Part shown: positions 41,062 to 51,639 of the stretch, piece after piece | How positions within the stretch are numbered: the first letter of the stretch is position 1 | How the letters are laid out: every line of letters starts with the position of its first letter | NCBI GenBank assembly: GCA_903889895.1 | Contig: CAISYZ010000121.1 | Span: 1,143-65,142 of the forward strand | Length of the DNA: 64,000 nt | Direction of reading: 5' to 3' | Source: an uncultured Verrucomicrobia subdivision 3 bacterium | Lineage (GTDB): Bacteria > Verrucomicrobiota > Verrucomicrobiia > Limisphaerales > UBA11358 | Position numbers and translations under genes: made by a program | Notes under the pieces: generated by a model | The model's database searches: none | What the model was told of the DNA's origin: nothing | The model's input: only the letters and a program-made list of their open reading frames with translations

Positions 41062-42209
41062 GGACGGAACCCGAACGCACCGGAACATCTGTGTGCAAAG
41101 TTTTTTCGGTGGCTAAAAAACTTAACGTCGCTGGGTTTAGGCATTGTAAAATTGGCAACCGCTGCCGGCAGAAAAGTCAGAACGCGCGCCAGCGCCAGTT
41201 CGTTGCCGAAGAATTTTTCGCGGGCAAGGTTTAGGCGATACCGGCCAAGCTGCCCCAGAAACTCCTGCATCTTCACGGAAAAATCCCGCAGGTCATCGCA
41301 CATCAAGCCGTAGCCCAAATCTTGGAGATAGCAGGCATTCAGCCATTGCTCGAACTGCCACGCCACCGGCAGCGAGAACACCGGCTTGCCGAGATACAGC
41401 GCCTCGCTCATCAAAGTGTAGCCGCCGTTGGTCAGCACCCAGGAGGCGCTGCCAACCTCTTCAATGAACCGTTCGTCCGCGCGGGGATAATAACTGATGT
41501 TCCCGTCGTCGCCCGACCGTTCTTCAAAGGCGAAAACCTTGAAGTGAAACGGCAGTTGCTTGAGCAGTTCCGGCAACCGCGTGACTGAACTGCTGGTCTG
41601 ATAAACCACCACATGACCGTCATCGCGCGGGGCGATATCCAAAACTTTCTGCCGGAGGATGGGCGGAAAGAATTCCACGTTCGTGCCGGGCGGCAGCGGC
41701 GGATAATAGAACGACGTGGCGAAATGCGCCTCCGTGTGATAATCGGTCAGCCACACCACCGAGCGCGCGGCCAGTGCAGGAATCTGCTGGTCCAGCGGCA
41801 AAGCGGGGCGCGCGAAGGGAATGACGCCTTGATGATCCAGGCTGATGCAGCGCAAGCCGGTCAGTTCGGCGGCGCGCGGCAGGAACGGCTCAAAATCGGT
41901 GATGGCCAAGTGCGGCTGCCAAGCTTCAATCAGCTGGGTGATTTGGTGGATGACGCGACCGCGTTGACGGACCAGCGGCAGGTTGCCCCAAAAGCTGGCG
42001 AGAAGTTCCACGCGGTTGTGCCGATAGACAAAGGTGAACCCGGGGATTTCCTGCACGTCCGGCAGGCGCGGTTGCAACACTTTGAAGGCCTTGTGGCTGG
42101 CGAGGATTTTTACTTCATGACCGAGGCTGGTCAGCGCCCGCGTGAGGGTGAGCACGCGCGAGGAATGCCCCTGCCCTTCGCCGCAGCAGCTATAAAGGAT
42201 GCGCGCCAT
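41040..42209 (-). CDS. GT-B glycosyltransferase (MJ1255/VC2487-like)
   Basis: ILYSCCGEGQGHSSR, ITDFEP, SLDHQ, NGGYTLMSEALYLGKP and QFEQ motifs. Confidence 0.88.
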   Translation of the reverse strand: MARILYSCCGEGQGHSSRVLTLTRALTSLGHEVKILASHKAFKVLQPRLPDVQEIPGFTFVYRHNRVELLASFWGNLPLVRQRGRVIHQITQLIEAWQPHLAITDFEPFLPRAAELTGLRCISLDHQGVIPFARPALPLDQQIPALAARSVVWLTDYHTEAHFATSFYYPPLPPGTNVEFFPPILRQKVLDIAPRDDGHVVVYQTSSSVTRLPELLKQLPFHFKVFAFEERSGDDGNISYYPRADERFIEEVGSASWVLTNGGYTLMSEALYLGKPVFSLPVAWQFEQWLNACYLQDLGYGLMCDDLRDFSVKMQEFLGQLGRYRLNLAREKFFGNELALARVLTFLPAAVANFTMPKPSDVKFFSHRKNFAHRCSGAFGFRPYWVTTR

Positions 42210-42346
42210 TTTCGCGGGCCATTTTCACCCGGTTGCCGGCCGGAAGCAAATGACAGGTTGGTGACATTTTTTTACAAGCTATCCGTGCCGACGCACCCCT
42301 GGCTTGGTTTTTTATCTGGAAATCACTTGCCTGTTTTAAAAAGTCA

Positions 42347-45300
42347 GTGAAGTATTCCTCGTTAATTAAACCGCCCGGCCTTGGGGAAATTATGGCTGTT
42401 CAAGGAAATCAAAACAATTTAGGGCACACGCAGCGGAACACCTTCTGGCGTTCTCGATTTCTTCGCTATGGTTTCGCCATCCTGATGTCAGCGCTCACGC
42501 TGGCGGCGCGGATGAGTTTTTCTACGTGGATCATCACCGATCGTCCCATCCTGGTCATTTATTTCCTGCCAATTCTTTTCAGCGCCTATGTCGGCGGTCT
42601 GGGGCCGGGTTTATTGGCGACCGCTATTTCCGCCATCGGCGCGAATTATTTTCTGCTCCAGCCAATCCACAGCTACACGATTAATCGGCTGCTGGATTGG
42701 GTGCAATTGCTGGCCCTAATCGGCGGCGGCGTGGTGGCCAGCATCCTGACCGAGTCCCTGCATCGCGCCCGCAATCGCGCCATCAACAGCCAGCGAACCT
42801 ATGCAGTGACGCTGGCCAGCATCGGCGACGCCGTCATCACCACGGACATCCAGGGCCGGATCAACTTCATGAACCGGGAAGCCGAACGTTTGACCGGCTG
42901 GCCATATGCCGAGGCCGCCGGCCAATTGTTGCCAGCGGTGTTCCACATCATCAGCGAGGAAACGCGGGCGATGGTGGATAACCCGGTGGAAAAAGTGTTG
43001 CGCACCCACGGCGTGGTGGGGCTGGCCAACCACACCATCCTGATCGCCCGCGACGGCAAGGAATGGGTCATTGATGACAGCGCAGCCCCCATTCAACAAC
43101 AGGATGGAACCACGATCGGCGTGGTGCTGGTGTTTCGGGATAACTCGGAAAAGATGCAGGCTGAAACTGCGGTTCGCGTGAGCGAGGAACGGCTGCGCTT
43201 TGCGCTGGAAACCATCCATACCGGCGCCTGGAGCCTTAATCTGGCGAATCACACCGCCTATCGGTCACTCGAACACAGCCGGATTTTTGGCTACGATGAA
43301 GTTCTGTCGGAATGGAGCTACGAAAAATTTCTGTCCCACGTGCTGCCGGAAGACCGGGCGCTGGTGGATGAAAAATTTAAGCAGGCCCTGCAGAGCCGGG
43401 GCGATTGGAGCTTCGAGTGCCGCATCCAGCGCACGGACGGCGCCGTCCGCTGGATCTGGGCGGCGGGACGCCATCATCAGGAAGCTGCCGGCGCCCCGTT
43501 TCAAATGTCAGGAATCGTCCAAGACATCACCGAACGCCGGCAGCGCGAAGCGGCATTTCACCAGAGCCGGGAGCGATTGGAACAGGTTGTGCATCAAACC
43601 CGCTGCATCATCAATACCGGCGAGGTCACCGGCCCGGCGGGTTGGGAGAAAAGGGCATTGGAACCCGAATCGCCATTCGTCTGGAATTTTCCCGTCATCA
43701 ACCCCGAGATGGCGCAGGCGGTCCTGCCGTTGGAATTGCAGCCGGACGAACCCTATGAGCAGGGCTGGAAACGCCGCCGGTGGCCGCAGGATCATGCACA
43801 GATGAACTTAAATTCCGGCCGGGCGTTGCTGGAGGGCAGCCCGTTTTACCGGAATGAATTTCGCTGCACCGACCGGACGGGCAAGGTGCACTGGATGCAG
43901 CAGCAGGTCACCGTCCAGAAAATCTCCGAAGGCCGCTGGCAGCTGTTCGGCATCACCACGGATGTCTCCGAACTGAAAGCCACCGAGGCGCGCTATCAAC
44001 AGGAGCATGACCTGCTCTGCACCCTGATTGACCTGGCCCCGGATTTCATCTTCATCAAGGACACGGCCAGCCGGTATCTGATGGTCAACCGATCGCTCGC
44101 CAAACGCTACGACCTAAGTCCGGAAGCGATGCTGGGCAAAACCGACGCGGATTTGCTGCCGGCCGAACTGGCAACCCGTTTTCGCGCCGGCGAGCAGAAG
44201 GCACTAGCGGCTGAAAGCTGCTACACCGTTGAGGATGCATTCACCTTCCCCGATGGCGAGAGCTGCACCGTGGTGACCAACATGCGGGCTTTTGCAATCC
44301 CCAGGGAAAAGTGATCGGCCTGGTGGGCGTCGGCCGCGACATCACCCGGCAAAAAACCGCCGAACAGTCTTTGCGGGAAAGCGAGTCCCGCCTGTCCACC
44401 ATCTTTCATTCCAGCCCGATCGGCATCGTCATCACCCGCTTTGACGGCGGCCAAGTTTGGGAGGCCAATGAAGCTTTTGCCAGCAGCCTGGGTTACCCGC
44501 TGGCCGAAATCCTGGATGGCCATTTCAACGCGCGGCGCCTGTGGGCCGATCCGCAACAGCGGAAGCAGCTGTTGGAACGGCTGAGCACGCAGCACCGGTG
44601 CCGCGAACTCGAGGTCAAAATGCGCCGGAAAGACGGCGCCGAAGTGGAGCGCGTCCTTTCGGTTGAAATCATCCATCTGGCGGGAGAAAAATGTCTGCTC
44701 GGCCTGATGCAGGATCACACCGAACGCAAACAGGCCGAAGCCGGACTGCGGCGGCTCGCCGCCATTGTCAATTTTTCGGAAGACGCCATCATCAGCAAAA
44801 CTTTGGAGGGTGTCATCACCAGTTGGAACCACGGCGCGGAACAAATATTGGGCTACCCGGCGGCGGAAGTCATCGGCAAGCCCCTGCGGATGCTGTTTCC
44901 GCCGGATCGCCAGCATGAGGAGGAGGAAATCCTGAACAAAATCAGCCGCGGCGAAAACGTGACACATTTTGAAACGGTGCGCCTGCGGAAAGATGGCAAG
45001 CGCATTAATGTTTCGGTGACGATTTCCCCGCTCAAGGACAGCAGCGGCAAAATCATCGGCGCCTCCAAGGTGGCGCGCGACATCACGGGGCTTAAACTGC
45101 TGGAGGAGCAGCTCCGCCACTCCCAGAAAATGGAGGCCATCGGCCAGCTCGCCGGCGGCGTGGCGCATGATTTCAACAACATTCTGGCCATCATCCAGCT
45201 GCAGATCGACCTGCTGGCATCGTCCGGCTCCCTGCTGCCGGCGCAGCAGGATTATGCGGAGGAGATCAGCAAAGCCACCGAACGCGCGGCCAACCTCACC

Positions 45301-46269
45301 CGGCAGCTGCTGTTGTTCAGCCGCAAACAACAACCTCAGCAGCGCGACCTCAACCTGAATGACCTTGTCGTTGATATCACCAAAATGATTCAGCGCGCGT
45401 TGGGCGAACTCGTGCTGCTCAATTTCCAATTGTCCCAGGAGACCTTGTTCATCCACGCCGACCCGGGCATGATCGATCAGTTGTTGGTGAACCTGGCGGT
45501 GAATGCCCGCGATGCCATGCCGAACGGCGGCCACCTGCTCGTGGAAACTGCCGCCGCCGAATTTGACGAAACCACCGCCGCGCTGGTGCCGCAAGCGCGC
45601 CCCGGCGCGTTCGCCTGCCTGACGGTGAGCGACACCGGCTGCGGCATCCCGCCGCAGGTGCTGCCAAGGATTTTTGAACCCTTCTTCACCACCAAGGACA
45701 TAGGCAAAGGCACCGGTCTGGGGCTGGCCACGGTCTTTGGCATCGTCCAGCAGCATCACGGCTGGATCAATGTTCACAGCGAAGTGGGCCAGGGAGCCTC
45801 GTTTCGAATTTATCTGCCGCGCTTGGCCCAATCCATTCTGCCGGCCTCCGCGACCAGCACGTTTGGCGGCGTGCGCGGCGGCCAAGAAACCATCCTCGTC
45901 GTTGAAGATGAAGCCGCCTTACGCAACGTGGTCAGGATGGTTCTCTCGGGCCTCGGTTATAAGATAATCGAGGCCGCTTCCGGCGCCAGCGCCTTGGACA
46001 TATGGCAGGCATACCGGAATGAAATAAAATTGATGATCACGGACCTGGTGATGCCCGGCGGCGTGAATGGCAAGGAACTTGCCCAGCGCCTGCTGGCGGA
46101 ATCACCGGACTTAAAAGTCATCTACGTCAGCGGTTACAGCGCCGACATCGCCGGAACTGATTTGTTTTTGCAGGAGGGTGTCAATTTTCTCGCCAAGCCC
46201 TTTATGGTTCATAAACTCGCCCAAACCATCCGGAACCGGCTGGATGAGGCGGTGGACGGGACACGCTAA
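42347..46269 (+). pseudogene. Multi-PAS hybrid sensor histidine kinase (DUF4118-like TM, PAS x5-6, HisKA, HATPase, REC) split by a frameshift near 44293
   Basis: ORF 42347..44314 ends inside a PAC motif (TNMRAF|AIPREK*) and ORF 44311..46269 continues it. Restoring one base gives ...RAF-x-NPQGKVIGLVGVGRDIT. [19 protein letters not shown] and REC follow. Confidence 0.8.
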
Positions 46270-46453
46270 TTCATTCAGTTCGGCGGATAATCCAACGGGG
46301 CGCTTCCCGGCGCTGGCAATGGATCGTTCCACTACGGCCCCGACTGAAATCTTGGACGACTGGCTGCTGGCGCCAGCATAATTCTCAAAGTATTTCGCAG
46401 AATTATCAATACTCCCATGCCGGTGCCTATGGTAAGCTTGCGTTTCCTATCCC

Positions 46454-49400
46454 ATGGCGAATTTTTTCAAGCATTTGTTTTGGCTGGCCTTGTCCGGTTT
46501 GTTGACGGGCTCGCTGCAGGCACAATTGCTGAGCGTGGACATCAACGGAGCCGCCGGCACGCAAAACACCGCCCCGGGCTTTGTCGCGTGGAACCTGTCG
46601 CCGCAGACCGGCGCTGGCATCCTGTCCGCCGCGCAAGCTTTTACTAATTACACCTATGCCTTCGATCCTGACACCGGTTTGCCAACGGCGACCAACATCA
46701 GCCTCATCATTCCCTGCAAGGTGACGATGACCCATCCGGCGGCGGCCAGTTCCACGAATTATCTGAACGCCAAGAATGCGAACAAGGCCGGCTATTCCAG
46801 CAGCACCGATCCCAATGCCGGCTGGCGGTTGTCCATTGACGGCTGCATGGCGTATTGGTTCGACTCTAGCGTGACGCCCAACATTGATCAGCCCAACACC
46901 AACGGCGGCGCCATCAGCCTGACCATTTCCAACCTGCCCGCCGGCGTCCATTCCATCACCACCTATCACAATGATCCGTGGGGACCGGCGGGAGCGACCT
47001 GGCACACGGGCGTGACCAACCTCAGCCGGTGCATCGTCAGCGCCAACGGCGTGCCGGTGTTCACCAACACGCCGACGATTGTATCCACCAATGACAGCCG
47101 TTGCGGCTTCGCGTTTTTTTACATCACCAACAGTTACGACGGCCAGCCGGTGGTCATCAATTTCGATCCCGACCACAGCAGCGCGCTGGACTTCACCATC
47201 CTGAACGGCTTTGAAATCGACCGGCCCAGCCCGCCGGGCACGCAGGCGCAGCCGATCTTCCCCGCCGCCGGCGATGAACATGTTTCGGCGAACAACGACG
47301 TGCCGCTGCCGGGCACGGCTAATGCCGGTTATCTGACCTTGCAATGGGAGCCGGCCGGGTTTGCGATCTCCAACTATCTTTACTTCGGCACCAACAGCAG
47401 CGCGGTGCTGAGTGCGACCACGGCGTCACCGCAATTTCTCCAAGCCTCCGCCGCCGTCACCGGCACCACGAATGCATTCAACGTGACGAACCTGAACAGC
47501 GCCTTGACCTATTACTGGCGCGTGGACCAGTTGGACATCGCCAACGGGCAGACGAATCTGGTGAAAGGTGCCGCCTGGGAATTCCGCACGCGGCATCTGG
47601 CCTTTCCCACCGCCGAGGGCTATGGCCGCTGGGCACGCGGCGGTCGCGGCGGCGTGGTGATCGAGGTGACGAATCTGAATGACAGCGGCCCGGGCAGCTA
47701 TCGTGCGGCCATCTCCGCCAGCGGCCCGCGGACGATTGTCTTCAAAGTCTCCGGCGTCATCTGGCTGCAATCGCAGTGCATCGTCGGGAACGGCTATGTG
47801 ACCATCGCCGGCCAGACTGCGCCGGGCGACGGCATCTGTCTGGCCAACTGGCGCGCGGGCCTGAGCGGACCCAATGACGTCATCATGCGGTTCCTCCGCT
47901 TTCGCGTCGGTGACGGCGCCCAGCAATCCATGGATGCGATGAGTCCCGGCAGCGCGACGCAATCCATTTTTGACCACCTCACCTCCAGTTGGTCGCTCGA
48001 TGTCGCGTGCAATTCATTGCAGAGCGGCAACGTCGGCAGCGCTTCGGCGATGACCAGCTATCAGCATAACATCATTTCCGAGCCGTTGAATTATTCCTAC
48101 CACTACAACGATGCGGAACGCGCGGCCACCTGCAAGACGAACAACTGCTGCACCGACTGCTATCAAGCGCACGCCTTCGCCGCCTCCATCAGCGGCGAGA
48201 TTGGGAGCTACCATCACAACCTCATCGCGCATTCCACCGACCGCAACTGGTCGCTCGCGGGCGGCCTCGACCAGAGCGTGCATTACGCCGGTTCGCTCGA
48301 TATCCGCAACAACGTCGTTTACAACTGGACGGCGCGCACCACGGACGGCGGCTGCGAACGCTGCAATTACGAGAGCAACTATTACAAACCCTTCATGCCA
48401 AACAGTCCGGTGACCTGGCTGCTCAAGCTCGACAGCATCAACACCAATTGGGGCACGGAATATTATTACATGGCGGGCAATGTGATGCAGGGGCAGACGT
48501 ATTACACCAACAACTGGATGACCGGCTCCTTTTACAATGGCCTGCCTTTGACCGGATTGGTGACCACCAATGCCGAGATATTCCCCGGTTATATTTCCAC
48601 CCAAACGGCGAGCAACGCCTACAAGGTGGTGCTGTCCGATGTCGGCTGCAATCTGCCCGCGCAGGATTTGATTGACCGGCGCGTCATCGGCGAAGTGCTC
48701 GATGGCACGACGCATTACGAAGGCACGAACGGTCCGCATTACACCATCAACGGCGTGGTGCAGGCCACGCCGGGACCGGATTATCCCGGCATGATTGATT
48801 CGGAGCTGGACGTGAAAGATTACACGAACAATCCAGCCGCCCCGAACTACTCGCCGAACTGGCCGTGGCCGCCCTACTCCACTTACAACGCCTGGCCGGA
48901 TTCGGATCACGACGGTCTGCCGGACTGGTGGGAACAGATTCGCGGGACCAACCCCAATTCCGCGCCCGGTGATTTTTCCGATGCGAACGCTGATTTGGTG
49001 GGCGACGGCTATACGGAATTGGAGCGTTATTTGAACTGGCTGGCGCAGCCCCACTACCAGTGCACGAATGGCATGGTTCTCAGTGTGGACCTGACGCAAT
49101 TCACGCGCGGCTTTACCAACAACAGTCCCACCTATGCGGTCTTCGGGGCGACCAATGGCACCGTGGGGCTGAATGCGGGCGGGCGGACGGCGCTGTTCAC
49201 CAATTCGGTCGGCACCAACGCGCTCGGCAGTTTTCTCTTCAAGGTCACGGATGCGTCCGGCTTCGCCTACACCAACAGCATCAACCTCCATATCCTCGGC
49301 ACCAACAACACGCCGCCGGTTTTAGCGACCATCGCAGGACGCACCATCAATGTCGGCGCCAATCTGCTTATCACCAACACCGCCACGGACACCGATGTGC

Positions 49401-49819
49401 CGGCGCAGACGTTGACTTACAGTTTGCCGGTCGGCCCGACGAACGCCGCCATCGTTGCCACCAACGGCCTGCTCAGTTGGCGACCGCTGGTGACGCAGGC
49501 CAACACGACCAATCCGTTCAGCGTGGTCGTCACGGACAACGGCACGCCCAATCTGAGCGCCACCCAGAGTTTCAGCGTGCTGGTCAATCCGCTGACGGCG
49601 CCGACCTTTTCCGCCCCCGCGCTGACGGGCGGCCAGATTGGGTTTGCCATTAACGGCCAAGCCGGGCCGGATTATGCCGTGCAGGTTTCGAGCAACCTGA
49701 CGAGTTGGAACACGCTCTTCATCACCAACTCGCCCGCGATGCCGTTCACGTGGACGACGAATGCGGGCGCGGCGCGGTCACAGTTCTATCGCATCAAGAC
49801 CGGCCCGCCCCTGCCCTGA
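46454..49819 (+). CDS. Secreted pectate lyase (PL1-like) with Ig/cadherin-like domains and a C-terminal FYR domain
   Basis: AFPTAEGYGRWARGGRGG.V..VTNLNDSGPGS.R, TIAGQTAPGDG, IFDH.T.SW, NNVVYNW and DSDHDGLPDWWE; ends QFYRIKTGPPLP. Confidence 0.9.
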   Translation: MANFFKHLFWLALSGLLTGSLQAQLLSVDINGAAGTQNTAPGFVAWNLSPQTGAGILSAAQAFTNYTYAFDPDTGLPTATNISLIIPCKVTMTHPAAASSTNYLNAKNANKAGYSSSTDPNAGWRLSIDGCMAYWFDSSVTPNIDQPNTNGGAISLTISNLPAGVHSITTYHNDPWGPAGATWHTGVTNLSRCIVSANGVPVFTNTPTIVSTNDSRCGFAFFYITNSYDGQPVVINFDPDHSSALDFTILNGFEIDRPSPPGTQAQPIFPAAGDEHVSANNDVPLPGTANAGYLTLQWEPAGFAISNYLYFGTNSSAVLSATTASPQFLQASAAVTGTTNAFNVTNLNSALTYYWRVDQLDIANGQTNLVKGAAWEFRTRHLAFPTAEGYGRWARGGRGGVVIEVTNLNDSGPGSYRAAISASGPRTIVFKVSGVIWLQSQCIVGNGYVTIAGQTAPGDGICLANWRAGLSGPNDVIMRFLRFRVGDGAQQSMDAMSPGSATQSIFDHLTSSWSLDVACNSLQSGNVGSASAMTSYQHNIISEPLNYSYHYNDAERAATCKTNNCCTDCYQAHAFAASISGEIGSYHHNLIAHSTDRNWSLAGGLDQSVHYAGSLDIRNNVVYNWTARTTDGGCERCNYESNYYKPFMPNSPVTWLLKLDSINTNWGTEYYYMAGNVMQGQTYYTNNWMTGSFYNGLPLTGLVTTNAEIFPGYISTQTASNAYKVVLSDVGCNLPAQDLIDRRVIGEVLDGTTHYEGTNGPHYTINGVVQATPGPDYPGMIDSELDVKDYTNNPAAPNYSPNWPWPPYSTYNAWPDSDHDGLPDWWEQIRGTNPNSAPGDFSDANADLVGDGYTELERYLNWLAQPHYQCTNGMVLSVDLTQFTRGFTNNSPTYAVFGATNGTVGLNAGGRTALFTNSVGTNALGSFLFKVTDASGFAYTNSINLHILGTNNTPPVLATIAGRTINVGANLLITNTATDTDVPAQTLTYSLPVGPTNAAIVATNGLLSWRPLVTQANTTNPFSVVVTDNGTPNLSATQSFSVLVNPLTAPTFSAPALTGGQIGFAINGQAGPDYAVQVSSNLTSWNTLFITNSPAMPFTWTTNAGAARSQFYRIKTGPPLP

Positions 49820-49889
49820 AAGCCACTCATTGAAAGCCGGCTCCCGCGATTCCTCCCCCAAGCAACCGGGGGGCGGGAACTTCCGGCCG

Positions 49890-50174
49890 TTACGACCCCT
49901 TGAGCGCCTGCAACATCAGATCCGACTGCGCGCCGACCGACTGCACCTCAGCCTGCGTCAGCGGATCCGCGTCGGAGATGTTCAGCGGACTCATCGTCGA
50001 GAGTTGATTATCCAGCGCATCCCAGCGCGCCTGGTGCGCGGCCAGTTGCGCCTGCAACGCGGTCACCTGACTTTGCAGCGCGGTGTTCTGGTCGTTCAAG
50101 GCGTTGAACTGGTTGCGTAATTCCGCCGCCACGATGGGCGCATTGTTCACGGGTAAAGATGGATTGAAAGCCAT
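49890..50174 (-). CDS. Small coiled-coil hypothetical protein, downstream of and co-oriented with the FN3 gene
   Basis: 94 aa: MAFNPSLPVNNAPIVAAELRNQFNAL, a heptad stretch, then DPLTQAEVQ. Confidence 0.75.
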   Translation of the reverse strand: MAFNPSLPVNNAPIVAAELRNQFNALNDQNTALQSQVTALQAQLAAHQARWDALDNQLSTMSPLNISDADPLTQAEVQSVGAQSDLMLQALKGS

Positions 50175-50183
50175 AACAATAGA

Positions 50184-50292
50184 GAATTAAGAATTAGGAA
50201 GGCAGAATGACGAAGGGAAGGCCGTGGCCGGCGACCATGATGCTGACGCGCGGACATTTGCTTCATCATTCATCATTCAACCTTCTGCCTTC
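50184..50292. repeat. Inverted pair of 7-bp tandem repeat tracts
   Basis: gaattaa-gaattag-gaaggca-gaatgac-gaaggga (50184-50218) versus atcattc-atcattc-aaccttc-tgccttc (50265-50292). Confidence 0.7.
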
Positions 50293-50297
50293 GAGGT

Positions 50298-51020
50298 TTA
50301 GGGGACGATCTTCGAGATTTCGCTGCTGAAGTTGCCTTCGCCGCCCGTGCCGATGGCGCGCACGCGCACCCAGATGCGCGCCCCGCTGGTGAAGCCCGGC
50401 AACACCGCCGACGACTTCGTCACGCTCTTGGTCTTGGACCAGCTCGTCGCCGTGAAGGGATCGGGGCTGGTTTGCACCTCGTAGGTTTTGGCGCCGGGCA
50501 CCGGGTCCCATTGCGCATTCAGTTCCCCGTCGTGGTCGCCTGCCGTCACTGCCAGGTTCATCACCTGCGGCGGCACACCCGCCGGCGTCTTGTTGGCGCG
50601 CGAACTGAAATTCGCGCTTTGGATGGTCGCCACCGGATCGGCCGCGCTGGCGGCCGTGAGTTCCACATAATTGCCGCGCTGGGTGAGCGCCGATTCCAGC
50701 GCCGCCCGCGCGGTGTCTTTGTTGGTGGTGGCCAGCTTGGCCGCCGCCTGCGCCGTGTTGAAGGTCCCCAGCGCGGCAGCGTAAGCCGCCCGCACGGACG
50801 TGAATTCCGTCACGGGCGGCAACGGCGTGGTGAAGTTGGGGTTGCCCGTCATCGCCGTCTCGTGCCCCTCCGCGAACGGCAGCAGGTCGTTGTCCGTTTT
50901 ATTGAATAGGTCCAGTTTGACTTTCGCTTTTTTCATGATGTTGAACAGTTGCGGCGGCACCGGGTCGGCGTAAGTCAGCCCGCTGTCATACGTCGAGGAG
51001 GGGTCATCATAGTCGGCCAC
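50298..51020 (-). CDS. Uncharacterised protein: N-terminal helical domain plus C-terminal FN3 domain, no signal peptide (homologue of 8693..9313)
   Basis: GNPNFTTPLP, GNYVE and GELNAQWDPVPGAKTYEVQ...WVRVRAIGTGGEGNFS. Start is either GTG 51020 or ATG 50936. Confidence 0.85.
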   Translation of the reverse strand: MADYDDPSSTYDSGLTYADPVPPQLFNIMKKAKVKLDLFNKTDNDLLPFAEGHETAMTGNPNFTTPLPPVTEFTSVRAAYAAALGTFNTAQAAAKLATTNKDTARAALESALTQRGNYVELTAASAADPVATIQSANFSSRANKTPAGVPPQVMNLAVTAGDHDGELNAQWDPVPGAKTYEVQTSPDPFTATSWSKTKSVTKSSAVLPGFTSGARIWVRVRAIGTGGEGNFSSEISKIVP

Positions 51021-51203
51021 GGCTCTGCCTTTGGTTTAGGTTTATTATGTTTGTTTTCGCTGGCAGGGCAAACCGGCTGGCTTGCTGGGAATGGCGGCGC
51101 CGCAGCGTCGCCCTGCCTTCCCGTTCCCGCTGTCCAATAAACCACGATTCCCCCGCCCGGCCTATTGCTCAATTCGGGAAAAATTGCAATCGGGTCAGGA
51201 CCA

Positions 51204-51518
51204 GGTGGTGCCGCCTCCAAGCCGGCCGGAGGAGATGCAACCCGAAGGAAAATGACTTCTGCCCGAAGTTTAGTCGCTACAACCTTGAGTTTAGCCGTTA
51301 CAAAACTTTGTGCCGTAGCTACCGCTTCAAGTTTAGTAGCTACAAAACTTCGTGTAGTAACTACTGCTTTAAGTTTAGTAGCTACAATTCTTCGTGTAGT
51401 AACTACTAAACATTGTTTAGTAGCTACAACATCAAGTTTAGTAGCTTCAATATTTAGTTTAGTAGTCTCAATATTTAATATTGAAGTTTCAACATTTAAT
51501 ATTGAAGTCTCAAAAACG
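51204..51518. repeat. Tandem array of 21-bp units (12 clear, 51267-51518, plus about 3 degenerate), consensus AGTTTAGTAGCTACAAAACT+1; quasi-palindromic
   Basis: Units: 51267 agtttagtcgctacaaccttg, 51330 agtttagtagctacaaaactt, 51351 cgtgtagtaactactgcttta, 51372 agtttagtagctacaattctt, 51393 cgtgtagtaactactaaacat, 51435 agtttagtagcttcaatattt, 51477 aatattgaagtttcaacattt. Confidence 0.92.
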
Positions 51519-51639
51519 GCCAAAATGGCCAGAAAACCCGTTTTTTTGCCAATTTTGGTGAAAACTGAGGTTTCCGCCCTACCTGCCCTACGCCGCCCAC
51601 GGACGGATGGGGTCCCTTGACCCAGCGGGATAGCATCCG

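Noticed and set aside
44221-45885. 554-aa minus-strand ORF
   Set aside because: Antisense shadow of the histidine kinase.
48014-49291. 425-aa minus-strand ORF
   Set aside because: Antisense shadow of the pectate lyase.
51204-51518. CRISPR array interpretation of 21-bp array 2
   Set aside because: Contiguous degenerate units without repeat-spacer alternation and no cas genes.
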